DNA of 64,000 bases, taken from IMG/VR virus record IMGVR_UViG_3300030060_007988, one strand, 5' to 3'. The notes beneath the pieces were generated by a model that was not told where the DNA came from, did not search any database, and saw only the letters and a list, made by a program, of their open reading frames with translations. This stretch comes from a virus. Below, one piece after another: positions 38,643-49,051 of this stretch (the stretch's first letter is position 1; each line of letters begins with the position of its first letter). The translations under genes were made by a program, and so were the position numbers.

Positions 38643-39122
38643 ATGGATAATAAAACCATTGATAAAGAAACATTAGATATAAGTCCTTTTACAGGAAATA
38701 AAGATGTACTAGTTGAAAATGACCAAACTAATGGTGAAAGTAGATTATGTTTAGTATCAGGATATAATACTAGGCAATTATATAAAATAGACAATCCTGA
38801 TGTTGAAAAGTTTGAATCAACTTCAACGGAGTTAATAAAAAGCCTAAGGTATGAAGATAAGAAATTAGGTCAGTACTGGTATTTAACAACGGTTGTAACT
38901 GATAAGGGAATGATATATCCAGATCACCATGAAGTTGATGGATATGAATGGATATTTGCACCGCTCATAACAATTGATGAAAGTGAAAAGGAAAAATATC
39001 CTATACCAGATAAACCTGGCGAATTCTATGCACAACGTTTAGCAATAGAAGTACAAAGGAAGTTTCATAAAGATAGTTTCATGGCAGCCTGTAGAGAACT
39101 AGGAGCGCTTAGAGCACAATAA
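38643..39122 (+). CDS. Hypothetical protein
   Basis: Coupled ORF in the gene string. Confidence 0.7.
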   Translation: MDNKTIDKETLDISPFTGNKDVLVENDQTNGESRLCLVSGYNTRQLYKIDNPDVEKFESTSTELIKSLRYEDKKLGQYWYLTTVVTDKGMIYPDHHEVDGYEWIFAPLITIDESEKEKYPIPDKPGEFYAQRLAIEVQRKFHKDSFMAACRELGALRAQ

Positions 39123-39715
39123 TGCCTAGAAAATCTGACATAGCAAAAAAGTCAAAGTTTCTCTTTGCTCACTTAAGATTAGGTGGACTTAAGAAATCAA
39201 TAACAGTTAATTCTTTAGAATCTGGTATGATTGTTGAAGCCGTATATACATCTGATTCAAAATCAGGTGGAGGAGACAGATACATGCTTCTTATTTTAAA
39301 CCCTTCTAAGTCAGGAAAAGTACATGCATTATCTTTAGGTGATATTTCTGTAAATTCATTTAATGTATTGGTAAAAGAATTTGGTGTTTCACTAAATGGA
39401 TCCTTTAATGATAAGGGATTTAAGGCAAAAGGGTTACACCTCGAAGAGTCACCTCAAGCCGTGTATAATGATTTAGATTCAAAGTTCAAAAAGAATTCAC
39501 CATTTTCAGGAAGTTATAGAACACTATTTAAGGGAGGATTTAAAAAATTACTTCTATGTGATTATGAATTTGATGAAACAATTGTTAATAGAGATTTACC
39601 AAGATTGGAAATTGAAAAGAAATTAGAATCTTTAAATCCTAAAGATGACCTTGCAAAAAAGTTAACTGAAGAAATGAATCAGTTGCCAGAAAATAAAATA
39701 TTAAGACCTAATTAG
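39122..39715 (+). CDS. Hypothetical protein
   Basis: Coupled ORF (TAATG overlap). Confidence 0.7.
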   Translation: MPRKSDIAKKSKFLFAHLRLGGLKKSITVNSLESGMIVEAVYTSDSKSGGGDRYMLLILNPSKSGKVHALSLGDISVNSFNVLVKEFGVSLNGSFNDKGFKAKGLHLEESPQAVYNDLDSKFKKNSPFSGSYRTLFKGGFKKLLLCDYEFDETIVNRDLPRLEIEKKLESLNPKDDLAKKLTEEMNQLPENKILRPN

Positions 39716-39725
39716 GGAATTAGAC

Positions 39726-40355
39726 ATGAAGATAAGTTATGCAATAACAGCATGTAATGAACATAAAGAAATAGAAAGATTATTAACATTTCTATTTGAA
39801 CATAAGAGGGCTGAAGATCAAGTTGTAGTTCAAGTTGATAAAGATAATGGGACAAAAAAGGTTGTAGATATATGTGAAAAGTTTGAAAACAAACCACTAG
39901 ACGAATATAAACTACATGAATGCTCATTAAATAAAAACTTTGCAGAATATAAAAACTATCTTAATAAAAATTGTGATGGTAATTGGATATTTCAAATTGA
40001 TGCTGATGAAATACCAAATGAATATTTAATTGAAGCATTACCTTTTATATTAGAAGCAAATCAAGATACAGAAGCATTTTGGGTTCCAAGAGTAAATACA
40101 GTTGCAGGCATAACAGATTCTCACGTTGCAAAATGGGGTTGGAAATTAAACGAAGATGGTTGGGTAAACTTTCCAGATTGGCAAATGAGAATATATCAAA
40201 ACAAAGAAGAAATATATTGGATAAAGCCAGTTCATGAACAATTGAAAGGCTATACAAAATTTACTAATCTACCAGCAGAAGAAAAGTTTGCATTATATCA
40301 TCCAAAGGATATTGGAAGACAAGAAAAACAAAATGCATTTTATGAGACAATATAA
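39726..40355 (+). CDS. Glycosyltransferase family 2
   Basis: ISYAITACNE, WIFQIDADE, VHE. Confidence 0.88.
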   Translation: MKISYAITACNEHKEIERLLTFLFEHKRAEDQVVVQVDKDNGTKKVVDICEKFENKPLDEYKLHECSLNKNFAEYKNYLNKNCDGNWIFQIDADEIPNEYLIEALPFILEANQDTEAFWVPRVNTVAGITDSHVAKWGWKLNEDGWVNFPDWQMRIYQNKEEIYWIKPVHEQLKGYTKFTNLPAEEKFALYHPKDIGRQEKQNAFYETI

Positions 40356-41224
40356 TGGCTGAATTTTGGAGACTATATAATAATAAAATATACAGGCTAT
40401 ACGATACTTCTGAATTAGGTTTCCCTGAAGCAGATCCTTCATATATACCTGATGAATATTTAAGTAGCAAAAATTTTGTTCTATTTAGAACCTGTCATGC
40501 AATTGGTGATTGGGCAATCCTATCAGCCATGCCTAGATTACTAAAAAGAAAATATCCTGACTGTAAAGTATACTTACCATCTGAAAAGTTATTGGAATCA
40601 ATATTTGAAATGTATAGACATCAATGGGGATCTTGGAGTAATCCTTTTAGTAATGTTACAAAGGTATTTGAAAACAATCCCTACATAGATGACTATGTTG
40701 ATTCAGTTGAAGGTGATGTTTTTCATGATCACTATAGAATTTATCCAAAGGATAAAAATATTCCTTTAATAAAACAAATGTTAAAGTTTTGGCAATTTGA
40801 AGAAAATGAAATGAATGATTGCCAACCAGAATTATACTTTTCAGAAAAAGAAAAAGAATTAGGTGACAAAATAATAAATGAACATTCATCAGGTAAAATA
40901 GGCACAATACTTTTATCAGATAGATTTGATTATTCACCTAAAAAAATTGAAAAAATACAAAACTTAATTGATGAAAATGATTTTGAATATTTCTATTGGA
41001 CAAGTATACCTAACACTGGGTTGAATTTCAAAAAGGCTTTAGATATGAGACACATTGATATTAGAGTTCAGTGGTATATAAAAACAAAGTCAAATATAAA
41101 TATAGGTAATCAGACAGGTGTTAATGATATGATTGCAAGATACGCACCAACCTATACTATACCTCACGGAGAGGTGGAATCGAGTTTAGGAGGAAATGTT
41201 ATAGAGGATCAAAACTATATATGA
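40355..41224 (+). CDS. GT9 (heptosyltransferase)-like glycosyltransferase
   Basis: AIGD...LKRKYPDCKV, NNPYID, IGNQTG. Confidence 0.65.
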   Translation: MAEFWRLYNNKIYRLYDTSELGFPEADPSYIPDEYLSSKNFVLFRTCHAIGDWAILSAMPRLLKRKYPDCKVYLPSEKLLESIFEMYRHQWGSWSNPFSNVTKVFENNPYIDDYVDSVEGDVFHDHYRIYPKDKNIPLIKQMLKFWQFEENEMNDCQPELYFSEKEKELGDKIINEHSSGKIGTILLSDRFDYSPKKIEKIQNLIDENDFEYFYWTSIPNTGLNFKKALDMRHIDIRVQWYIKTKSNINIGNQTGVNDMIARYAPTYTIPHGEVESSLGGNVIEDQNYI

Positions 41225-41907
41225 AAAAAGTAATATACACAGCAATATTTGGCAACTATGACAACTTACATGAACCTGAAGTTATACCTCCTGGATTTGA
41301 CTTCATATGTTTTACTGATTGTGATTTTGAAAAAGAAGATACTGTTTGGGACATTAGGAAGGTAACCCCAATATATCAAGATTCAACCAGAAATGCAAGA
41401 AAGTATAAAATATTGGCACATAGGTATTTATCTGAATATGATTTTAGTTTGTGGATAGATGGAAATAAAATTATAGTTGGTGATGCAAATAATTACATAA
41501 ACATGTTAGGTGATCTATCCTTTGCAACCTTTGATCACATGAAATGTTTTGACAAAAGAAACTGTGTATATAAAGAAGCACAAGCAATATTTGATTTAGG
41601 AAGTAATGATAGTAACAACTGGAAAGATAGTCCACCAGTTATAGTTAAACAGATGGAAAAATATCAAAGAGAAGACTACCCAGGAAACAATGGTTTAGTA
41701 TTTACTTCGAATTTAGTTAGAATGCATAATGACGAAAAATGTATAAATGCAATGGAAGAATGGTGGACTGAACTTAAGTACGGATCCAAACGTGATCAAC
41801 TTAGCTTTAATTATGTTGCTTGGAAAAATAATTTTAAATTTAACTATCTACCTGGCGATGGTCGTGATGATGGTTATGTTAAGCAGGTTATTGGCCATAA
41901 GAAATGA
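41221..41907 (+). CDS. DUF616/TOD1-MUCI70-type glycosyltransferase
   Basis: YTAIFGNYD, CFTD, KILAH, SLWIDG, RDQLSFNY. Confidence 0.85.
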   Translation: MKKVIYTAIFGNYDNLHEPEVIPPGFDFICFTDCDFEKEDTVWDIRKVTPIYQDSTRNARKYKILAHRYLSEYDFSLWIDGNKIIVGDANNYINMLGDLSFATFDHMKCFDKRNCVYKEAQAIFDLGSNDSNNWKDSPPVIVKQMEKYQREDYPGNNGLVFTSNLVRMHNDEKCINAMEEWWTELKYGSKRDQLSFNYVAWKNNFKFNYLPGDGRDDGYVKQVIGHKK

Positions 41908-42938
41908 AAAAGATTCTTTTTGTGACAACTCAGTATAGAACTGGAGAAAGAATATATCCTGTTTTGCCTTGGCTGTGCAAAAATTTTAGTGTTGATCTAT
42001 TCAGGTCATATCAGATGGACTATAGTCATAAATGGGTTGGTGATATTGATATGAGAAAAATATTTGATCAAAAGTACATCAACTTATTTAAAAAAGTATA
42101 TACACTTTCAGAATTTTCATCTATAAACATATCTGATTATGACATAATATTGACTGATGACAATAGAAGTAGAAATTTATTACCTGAACTTTACAAAAAT
42201 AGAAAAGGAATAATGATAGGTTGTAGTCATGGAAATGCAACTGTGAAACATTATAATCACAATTATGGAAAGGCATTTGATAAATGTTTTGTATTTGGTG
42301 ACAAAGAAAAAGAAGACCATACAATTCCTATTGGTATTCCTGCAAATGATAACTTAAAAAAATATAGAAACATTGAAAAAGAACACATATTAATAATAGT
42401 TAACTTTCTAGGAAATCGTTCTCACCCATTTAAAGTTTCATTTGATAAAAAATTATTTTTCAATTGTAATCTCCATCATTTACAAATGTACTATAAAAAG
42501 AAAATTATTTTAAAATTAAAAAGTAGGGCCGATGAAGGTGGATATGAAAAAAACCTATCCTATTTAAATTCAATAATGCCTAGTGATTTAGATTGGTCAG
42601 TTACAATAGATAGTAAAAATGATAATGAATTAATTGCAAAATCATGTTGTGTAATATCTGCACCGTCAACACTTACATTTAAATCAATACAATTATCAAT
42701 ACCTACAGTGGTAATAAATGATTCTGGACAAATAGGACTATTTAATGATTTTTGTGGTTTAGTTGATATTAATAGTGTTGGCCAATATAGATTAAAAATA
42801 TTTGAAAATTTAATTATGCAAGAGTCAAATGGTAATTTACTTAATGATTTTATTTTAAAAACAATAAAAGGTGGAAGTAATTTTTCTTCAACTAAAATCA
42901 TGATAAAAGAATTGGAAAAAATATCAAATGAAATATAG
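41904..42938 (+). CDS. Putative GT-B glycosyltransferase (ulosonate transferase candidate)
   Basis: SHG, IGIPAND, ISAPSTL...IPTV; adjacent to neuA/neuB. Confidence 0.5.
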   Translation: MKKILFVTTQYRTGERIYPVLPWLCKNFSVDLFRSYQMDYSHKWVGDIDMRKIFDQKYINLFKKVYTLSEFSSINISDYDIILTDDNRSRNLLPELYKNRKGIMIGCSHGNATVKHYNHNYGKAFDKCFVFGDKEKEDHTIPIGIPANDNLKKYRNIEKEHILIIVNFLGNRSHPFKVSFDKKLFFNCNLHHLQMYYKKKIILKLKSRADEGGYEKNLSYLNSIMPSDLDWSVTIDSKNDNELIAKSCCVISAPSTLTFKSIQLSIPTVVINDSGQIGLFNDFCGLVDINSVGQYRLKIFENLIMQESNGNLLNDFILKTIKGGSNFSSTKIMIKELEKISNEI

Positions 42939-43860
42939 AACAATAGCACTCATAACGCCAGTAAGCCATTTAAATGGGATTGATGAACTACTAAAATCAA
43001 AAGGGTTAGTATACTATTTGGAAAATGGTAATAAATATGAAGTTAGAAATTTATTACTTAAAACTAAAGCAAATACTATACTGTGTAATCCTAATCAGCA
43101 AACATATAAAATAGATAGCCAATTATTAGATGGTACCAATGTAAAACTAATAAATACATGTTCTACAGGTATGAATCATATAGATGTAGAATATTGCAAC
43201 AAAAATAATATTGAAATATATTCATTAACTAAAGATATGGATTTAATAAATAATCTACCATCAACATCGGAATTGGCATTTGGTTTAATGATGTCTCTTT
43301 TACGAAAAATACCAGATTGTAAAAATCACGTTAGCAATTATGAATGGGACTATACTCAATTTATGGGAAGACAAGTTAAAGACTTAAATATAGGAATAAT
43401 TGGTTATGGTAGATTGGGTAAAATGATGTCTAATTATTGTAAAGCCTTCGGTGCAAAAGTTACAATATATGATCCATACGTTTTTCCTTCACAACATAAA
43501 TCAAACCTAGTTGAAATGTTTAAACAATGCGATGTAATATCACTTCATGTTCACGTAACAAATGAAACTATTGGAATAATAAACCAAGAATTATTTTCAA
43601 ATATCAAGAAAAATTGTTATATTGTAAATACAAGCAGAGGAGAGATAGTTAATGAAGTTGATGTTGTAAATGCACTCAAAAGTAGAAAGTTAACAGGTTA
43701 TGCAACTGATGTTATTGAAAATGAGTTTGATGATTTACATAAGTCAACAATAATTAAAGCAATGAATGAAGGTGAAAACATAATAGTAACTCCACACATT
43801 GGAGGTATGACTTATGAAGGACAACAAAAAGCATATGAATGGGCAATAAATAAATTATGA
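42928..43860 (+). CDS. D-isomer-specific 2-hydroxyacid dehydrogenase
   Basis: GIIGYGRLG, ISLHV, NTSRGE, TPHIGG. Confidence 0.9.
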   Translation: MKYRTIALITPVSHLNGIDELLKSKGLVYYLENGNKYEVRNLLLKTKANTILCNPNQQTYKIDSQLLDGTNVKLINTCSTGMNHIDVEYCNKNNIEIYSLTKDMDLINNLPSTSELAFGLMMSLLRKIPDCKNHVSNYEWDYTQFMGRQVKDLNIGIIGYGRLGKMMSNYCKAFGAKVTIYDPYVFPSQHKSNLVEMFKQCDVISLHVHVTNETIGIINQELFSNIKKNCYIVNTSRGEIVNEVDVVNALKSRKLTGYATDVIENEFDDLHKSTIIKAMNEGENIIVTPHIGGMTYEGQQKAYEWAINKL

Positions 43861-44396
43861 AAGTATTAGCAATTATACCAGCAAAAACAGATTCAAAAAG
43901 ATTACCAAAAAAGAACTTGCAAAAAATAAACGGTAAAACATTAATTGAACATTCTATTGATTATGCAAAAGAATGTAAATATGTAGATGATATAATTTTA
44001 TCAACTGAATCATCGGATGTTATAAGTATAGCTATTCGAAATAGCATAAGAGGTATTATTAGAGATAAAAGTTTATGTGGAGATACTGAAGTTACTGATG
44101 TATACATTGATGTATTAAATAATATTGATGAAAAATATGACTATGTTGTATGCCTTCAACCAGATCATCCTGATAGAGAACATTCTCTTAAATACTGTTT
44201 AGATTATATGATAGATAATAATTATGATGACATTATAACAATAGAACCTAATTTCAAAAGAAGTGGTTCAGTTAGAATATTTAAGTATGAACATTTATTG
44301 AATGGAAATGTAAGTAAAAGAATTGGTTGCATTAAAGATGGCGCAACTGATATACATTACCAAAAAGATTTAGAAAAAGCAAGAAAAAGATTATGA
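43857..44396 (+). CDS. neuA: Acylneuraminate cytidylyltransferase (short NeuA-like)
   Basis: IIPAKTDSKRLPKKN, LQP, DIH...DL. Confidence 0.85.
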   Translation: MKVLAIIPAKTDSKRLPKKNLQKINGKTLIEHSIDYAKECKYVDDIILSTESSDVISIAIRNSIRGIIRDKSLCGDTEVTDVYIDVLNNIDEKYDYVVCLQPDHPDREHSLKYCLDYMIDNNYDDIITIEPNFKRSGSVRIFKYEHLLNGNVSKRIGCIKDGATDIHYQKDLEKARKRL

Positions 44397-45220
44397 TACA
44401 AGTAATAGCTGAAATAGGATGGAATCATTGTGGTGATATGGAATTGGCAAAGAAAATGATTAAGGCTGCCGCCGATAATGGAGCGACATATGCAAAATTT
44501 CAAACATGGAGTGTAGACAGATTAAAGCCGGGTAGTTGGGACAATGATGGAAGACGCCAAATATATGAAAAGGCTGAACTATCCAAAAAGGATCATATTG
44601 ATTTAATAAACTACTGTAATAAAGTTGGCATTAAATTTTTATCAAGTGTATTTAGTATTGATGATGCAATGTTATTATTTCAATTAGGATGTGAAGAAGT
44701 TAAAATACCAAGCTTTGAATCTAGAAATCATTCACTTATTAAATATTGTGATAAGAATTTCAATACTGTGTTTATGTCTACAGGTACATCAACAATGGAC
44801 GAGATAACAGAGTCTTGTGATTTAATTAGTCAACGTACTAAGCTATATCTTCTTCATTGTGTTTCAACATATCCATGTAAACCTGAAATTGCAAATATTA
44901 GAAAAATTGAATCATTAAAAAGGGCGTGTCATTTACCAACTGTGGCATATGCTGATTGGATAGGATATAGTGATCATATGCAAGGAGTTGAATCAGCTAA
45001 GGTTGCAATAGGATTTGGCGCAACAGTTATTGAAAAACATTTCACTATAGATAACAATTTACCAGGCCGTGATAATAAGTTTGCAATATTACCGCACGAA
45101 TTAAAGGATTTATCTAACTTTATTGAATTAAGAGAAAAAATGATGAAGGATCATGGTGATGATTATCAAGATTGCGAATTAGATTCAAGAAAAAATTATA
45201 CAGGAAGATTTGATGGATAA
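44393..45220 (+). CDS. neuB: N-acetylneuraminate-synthase family (NeuB-like, no C-terminal SAF domain)
   Basis: IAEIGWNHCGD, KFQT, MSTG, LHCVSTYP, GYSDH, IEKHFT. Confidence 0.92.
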   Translation: MIQVIAEIGWNHCGDMELAKKMIKAAADNGATYAKFQTWSVDRLKPGSWDNDGRRQIYEKAELSKKDHIDLINYCNKVGIKFLSSVFSIDDAMLLFQLGCEEVKIPSFESRNHSLIKYCDKNFNTVFMSTGTSTMDEITESCDLISQRTKLYLLHCVSTYPCKPEIANIRKIESLKRACHLPTVAYADWIGYSDHMQGVESAKVAIGFGATVIEKHFTIDNNLPGRDNKFAILPHELKDLSNFIELREKMMKDHGDDYQDCELDSRKNYTGRFDG

Positions 45221-45851
45221 TATAAGTATAGTAATTAGGAATAGAAATGAAAAGGATTATATTGGATTTGCGATACAATCTTGTCTAGACTTTTTTAAAG
45301 ATCCTGAAATAATAATTGTTGATAATGGTACAACTGATGATTCATTAAGAATAGTTGACCTATTTAACTGGTCTAATATTAGAGTAATGAACATAAATAA
45401 TTACTCACCAGGAATTGCATTAAATACAGGGGTAAGACAAACATCAAACCCGCATGTTTTAATAATGTCAGCTCATACACAAATAACTAAACTTAATGCC
45501 GATATAAAAGGCTTATTAAATGAATACAAAGCAGTGTTTGGAAACCAAATACCCATTTATAGAGGTAAGAGAATAAATAAAAGATATATATGGTCTCACT
45601 TTATTAAAGGTGATGTAATGAACATGTTTTCTAAAATTGAAGATAGACATTTTTTACATAATGCATTTTGTTTTTATGATAGGGATTTTTTATTGGAACA
45701 TCCATTTGATGAAACTTTGGCTGGAAAAGAAGACAGGTACTGGGCCGATAATTTGGTAAATGTATTGGGTGAAAAATATTTCTATACATCACAACTTGAA
45801 TCAAATCATTATTGGACACCAAATGGTGCAACATGGAAGGGATTAGGATAA
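45213..45851 (+). CDS. Glycosyltransferase family 2
   Basis: SIVIRNRNE, IVDNGTTD, PFDE....ED. Confidence 0.85.
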   Translation: MDNISIVIRNRNEKDYIGFAIQSCLDFFKDPEIIIVDNGTTDDSLRIVDLFNWSNIRVMNINNYSPGIALNTGVRQTSNPHVLIMSAHTQITKLNADIKGLLNEYKAVFGNQIPIYRGKRINKRYIWSHFIKGDVMNMFSKIEDRHFLHNAFCFYDRDFLLEHPFDETLAGKEDRYWADNLVNVLGEKYFYTSQLESNHYWTPNGATWKGLG

Positions 45852-45852
45852 T

Positions 45853-46647
45853 ATGAAAGTAGCATTATGTTTATATGGATTGGTTGGAAGCACAGCAGGT
45901 AAATCATCTGATAAAAAGGGTGGTACAAAGGAAGTTTTAAATTTATGTTATGATGCATTTAAAAAAATGATAATTGACAAAAACGATACCGATGTTTTTT
46001 TCCATACATGGGACACTGATGTTGAAAATGAATTGGTTGAAAAATATGAACCAAAAAAATATCACTGTGAAAATCAAATTGTTTTTCCTATGGGTAAATG
46101 GGCAAATGATGTATGTACTAAATATGAAGGAAAAGTTAATTTTGATATAAGAAAACGAATTCAGTCACATTATAGTAGATGGTATAGTACACAGGAAGTT
46201 TTGGATTTAAAATCACAACATGAAAATGAAAAAGGTTTCAAATATGACATGGTTATGATATGTAGGTTTGATGTTGTATGGAATAAGCCAGTAATTTTTA
46301 AACAATTTAATAATGAACTTTTCTATATATCAAATACATATAAAAGAAACAAACCTTGGGGTTGGCCTTTTGGAAAGGAGATGGACGAAGTTGATGACCT
46401 GTGGTTCTTTTCAAATAGTGTTAACATGGATAGGTTTGGTATATTATTTGAAATGATTGACCCATATATGGAATCAGGTTGCCCAGATTACAATGGAATA
46501 TCTAATCATATGTTGGCAAAATGGCATTTAGAAAAGTTAGGTTTATTACCAGATAGTATAGGATTTGCTTTTCGCAATGATTGGTTTGGAATGACATTTT
46601 TACATACATCTCCAACGGCTAGACATTTTTATGGAGTTAAGATATGA
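45853..46647 (+). CDS. Hypothetical glycan-related protein
   Basis: MKVALCLYG, DVFFHTW, YD....RFD motif. Confidence 0.6.
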   Translation: MKVALCLYGLVGSTAGKSSDKKGGTKEVLNLCYDAFKKMIIDKNDTDVFFHTWDTDVENELVEKYEPKKYHCENQIVFPMGKWANDVCTKYEGKVNFDIRKRIQSHYSRWYSTQEVLDLKSQHENEKGFKYDMVMICRFDVVWNKPVIFKQFNNELFYISNTYKRNKPWGWPFGKEMDEVDDLWFFSNSVNMDRFGILFEMIDPYMESGCPDYNGISNHMLAKWHLEKLGLLPDSIGFAFRNDWFGMTFLHTSPTARHFYGVKI

Positions 46648-48284
46648 GAATAGTTGGTTTCCAATCTGGTGCACACGATGTAGCTTACTGCATTTTAGAG
46701 AATGGTGTACCAATTATACATGAAGAACTTGAAAGATTAATAAGAATAAAGGAACCTAGAGGTGATGGTTTAAAAATGTACTTTGATAGGGTAGGCGAAG
46801 ATTTACATGTAGATAATTTTGCATTTGGAAATCCAGGATTTGCATATCCAGGTGATAGTGAAAAGGCAAAGAAAATGAGAAAAGATTGTTATAATCAATC
46901 TTCAATTGATGCAATGGACAGGGTACTAGAAAAAAGTGGAGGTAAAATGCATGAAATAGGACATCACCAAAGTCATGCAGCAAATGCATTTTTCTCAAGT
47001 AATTTCAATGATGCTATAATATTCACTATAGATGGTGGTGGAGTTGATTTTGCAATGCCGCATCAACTAAAAGGTGGTAGTCATATTCAAACTGCAACCA
47101 CTGTTTGGTTAGGAAAAGAAAATAAGATACACCCAGTTGATATAATGGATGTAAAGTTAAGAAATATTGGATCACCTTGGAGATTATACACTAGGCAAAT
47201 ATTTGGACTATCATCAGGATATCCTAAAGGTAACCAAGTTGGAACAGTTATGGCATTGGCATGTGTAGGAAATCCTGATAAATATTTTAGTGAATTTCTT
47301 TATGGATTTGAAGCAGGTGGTGGTGGTCATACGCCTTTAACAAAAGGAATATGCGAAAAGTATAGAAAAATTGTACAGAGGTCTGAACAAGATAAGTATG
47401 ATGTAGCGGCTGCAATACAAAAGGCAACGGAAATAGCAACATTTGAATTTATGGATTTTCATATCAAACAAGGAAACTATAAAAACATATGTTTATCTGG
47501 AGGAGTGGCATTAAATTGCTTAATGGTTGGAAAAATGTTGGATTGGTGGCCTGGTGTAAATATTTATGTTGACCCTGTCCCATATGATGGAGGATTGGCT
47601 ATTGGTTGTGCAAGATATTTATGGCATCATATATTAGATAATCCTAGAATAGAGTGGAAAGATAATTCTTCACCATACCTAGGAACAAAGTATGATTTGG
47701 AAGACATAGAGACTGCAATAGATAATCATAATGTAAAGTATAGAAAAGTTACAGATGATGATATTGTAAAAATGTTATGTGATCAAAAAATAGTGTCAGT
47801 ATTTGGTGGAGGTTCAGAATCAGGAAGAAGGGCATTAGGAAATAGAAGTATACTTGCTGACCCAAGATATAAAGAAATGAAAGATACTATTAATGAAAAA
47901 GTAAAACACAGGCAGTGGTTTAGACCATTCGCACCTGCCATATTATCTGAAGAAACTAAAAATTGGTTTGAAAAAGATGTTAATAGTCCGTATATGAGTT
48001 TTGCAATTCCATTCAAAAAAGAAGTAAGGGACAAGGTGCAAGCAGTTGTACATTTTGACGGTACAGGTAGATTGCAGACAGTTAGTAAAAATGATAATAA
48101 ATGGTTTCATGGATTAATATCAAAATTTAAGAAAAAAACAGGAGTACCAGTTTTATTAAACACGAGTTTTAATGATAGAGAACCAATTGTAGAAACGCCG
48201 GAAGATGCAATAAAATGTTTTATGGGTACAGATATTGACGTCTTATACTTTTTTGATGTTGGTTTAATAGTGGAGAAAAAATAA
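46644..48284 (+). CDS. Carbamoyltransferase (NodU/CmcH family)
   Basis: HHQSHAA, IDGGG, SGGVALNC, RALGNRSILADP, KHRQWFRPFAP, LLNTSFN. Confidence 0.93.
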   Translation: MRIVGFQSGAHDVAYCILENGVPIIHEELERLIRIKEPRGDGLKMYFDRVGEDLHVDNFAFGNPGFAYPGDSEKAKKMRKDCYNQSSIDAMDRVLEKSGGKMHEIGHHQSHAANAFFSSNFNDAIIFTIDGGGVDFAMPHQLKGGSHIQTATTVWLGKENKIHPVDIMDVKLRNIGSPWRLYTRQIFGLSSGYPKGNQVGTVMALACVGNPDKYFSEFLYGFEAGGGGHTPLTKGICEKYRKIVQRSEQDKYDVAAAIQKATEIATFEFMDFHIKQGNYKNICLSGGVALNCLMVGKMLDWWPGVNIYVDPVPYDGGLAIGCARYLWHHILDNPRIEWKDNSSPYLGTKYDLEDIETAIDNHNVKYRKVTDDDIVKMLCDQKIVSVFGGGSESGRRALGNRSILADPRYKEMKDTINEKVKHRQWFRPFAPAILSEETKNWFEKDVNSPYMSFAIPFKKEVRDKVQAVVHFDGTGRLQTVSKNDNKWFHGLISKFKKKTGVPVLLNTSFNDREPIVETPEDAIKCFMGTDIDVLYFFDVGLIVEKK

Positions 48285-49051
48285 TGAAAAATATAGTATT
48301 TATACCAAATGTAAAATTTAATGGAAGAGGTGGAAACTACCACTACTCAATAAAGAGTTGGACGCATTGGTGTAAAAAAAATAATTGTGAATTGTTAGTT
48401 TGGGAAGATCCTATTCATGATCCTAACTTTATGACTATTATGTGGCAAAGATATTATTTGTTTGATATACTAAAGGCAAATGAAATAGATTATGATCAAA
48501 TACTTATGGTTGATGCAGATACAATCGTACATCCAGATTGTCCTAATTTCTTTAATGAAACTGAACATAAATATTGTGGAGTAATGAATGATGGATGTTA
48601 TGAATGGGTATTAAGAAGTTTAAATGTTTACAGCAAAAATGTATTTAATGGTGATTGGGTAAATCCTTGGGAATATATAAATGGAGGGTTTCAAATAGTT
48701 AATAAGAAACATAAAGATTTTTTTGATAGTGTTGTAAAATTTTATTTAGATAATCAGAAAAATCTCTATTCAATACAAAAAGCAAACGGATTAGGCACTG
48801 ACCAAACTCCAGTTAACTTTTTAATAAAAAATAGCGATGTTGAATTAAAGATATTACCTCAATGTTATAACTTACACCAAATGGCTACAAAAAATCTATT
48901 ATTTTTACATGAGTCACATTGGTGGGGCGATACACTAGAAAATATGTATAAATCTGGATGGGTATATCACTTTAATGCTATGCCAGGAAATCCTTTAAAT
49001 AGAAACACAAATTATTGGTTAGAGAGATGTTACAATGAACTTTACGGATAA
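48284..49051 (+). CDS. GT-A glycosyltransferase
   Basis: VDAD, YINGGF, DQT..N, YHF. Confidence 0.75.
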   Translation: MKNIVFIPNVKFNGRGGNYHYSIKSWTHWCKKNNCELLVWEDPIHDPNFMTIMWQRYYLFDILKANEIDYDQILMVDADTIVHPDCPNFFNETEHKYCGVMNDGCYEWVLRSLNVYSKNVFNGDWVNPWEYINGGFQIVNKKHKDFFDSVVKFYLDNQKNLYSIQKANGLGTDQTPVNFLIKNSDVELKILPQCYNLHQMATKNLLFLHESHWWGDTLENMYKSGWVYHFNAMPGNPLNRNTNYWLERCYNELYG

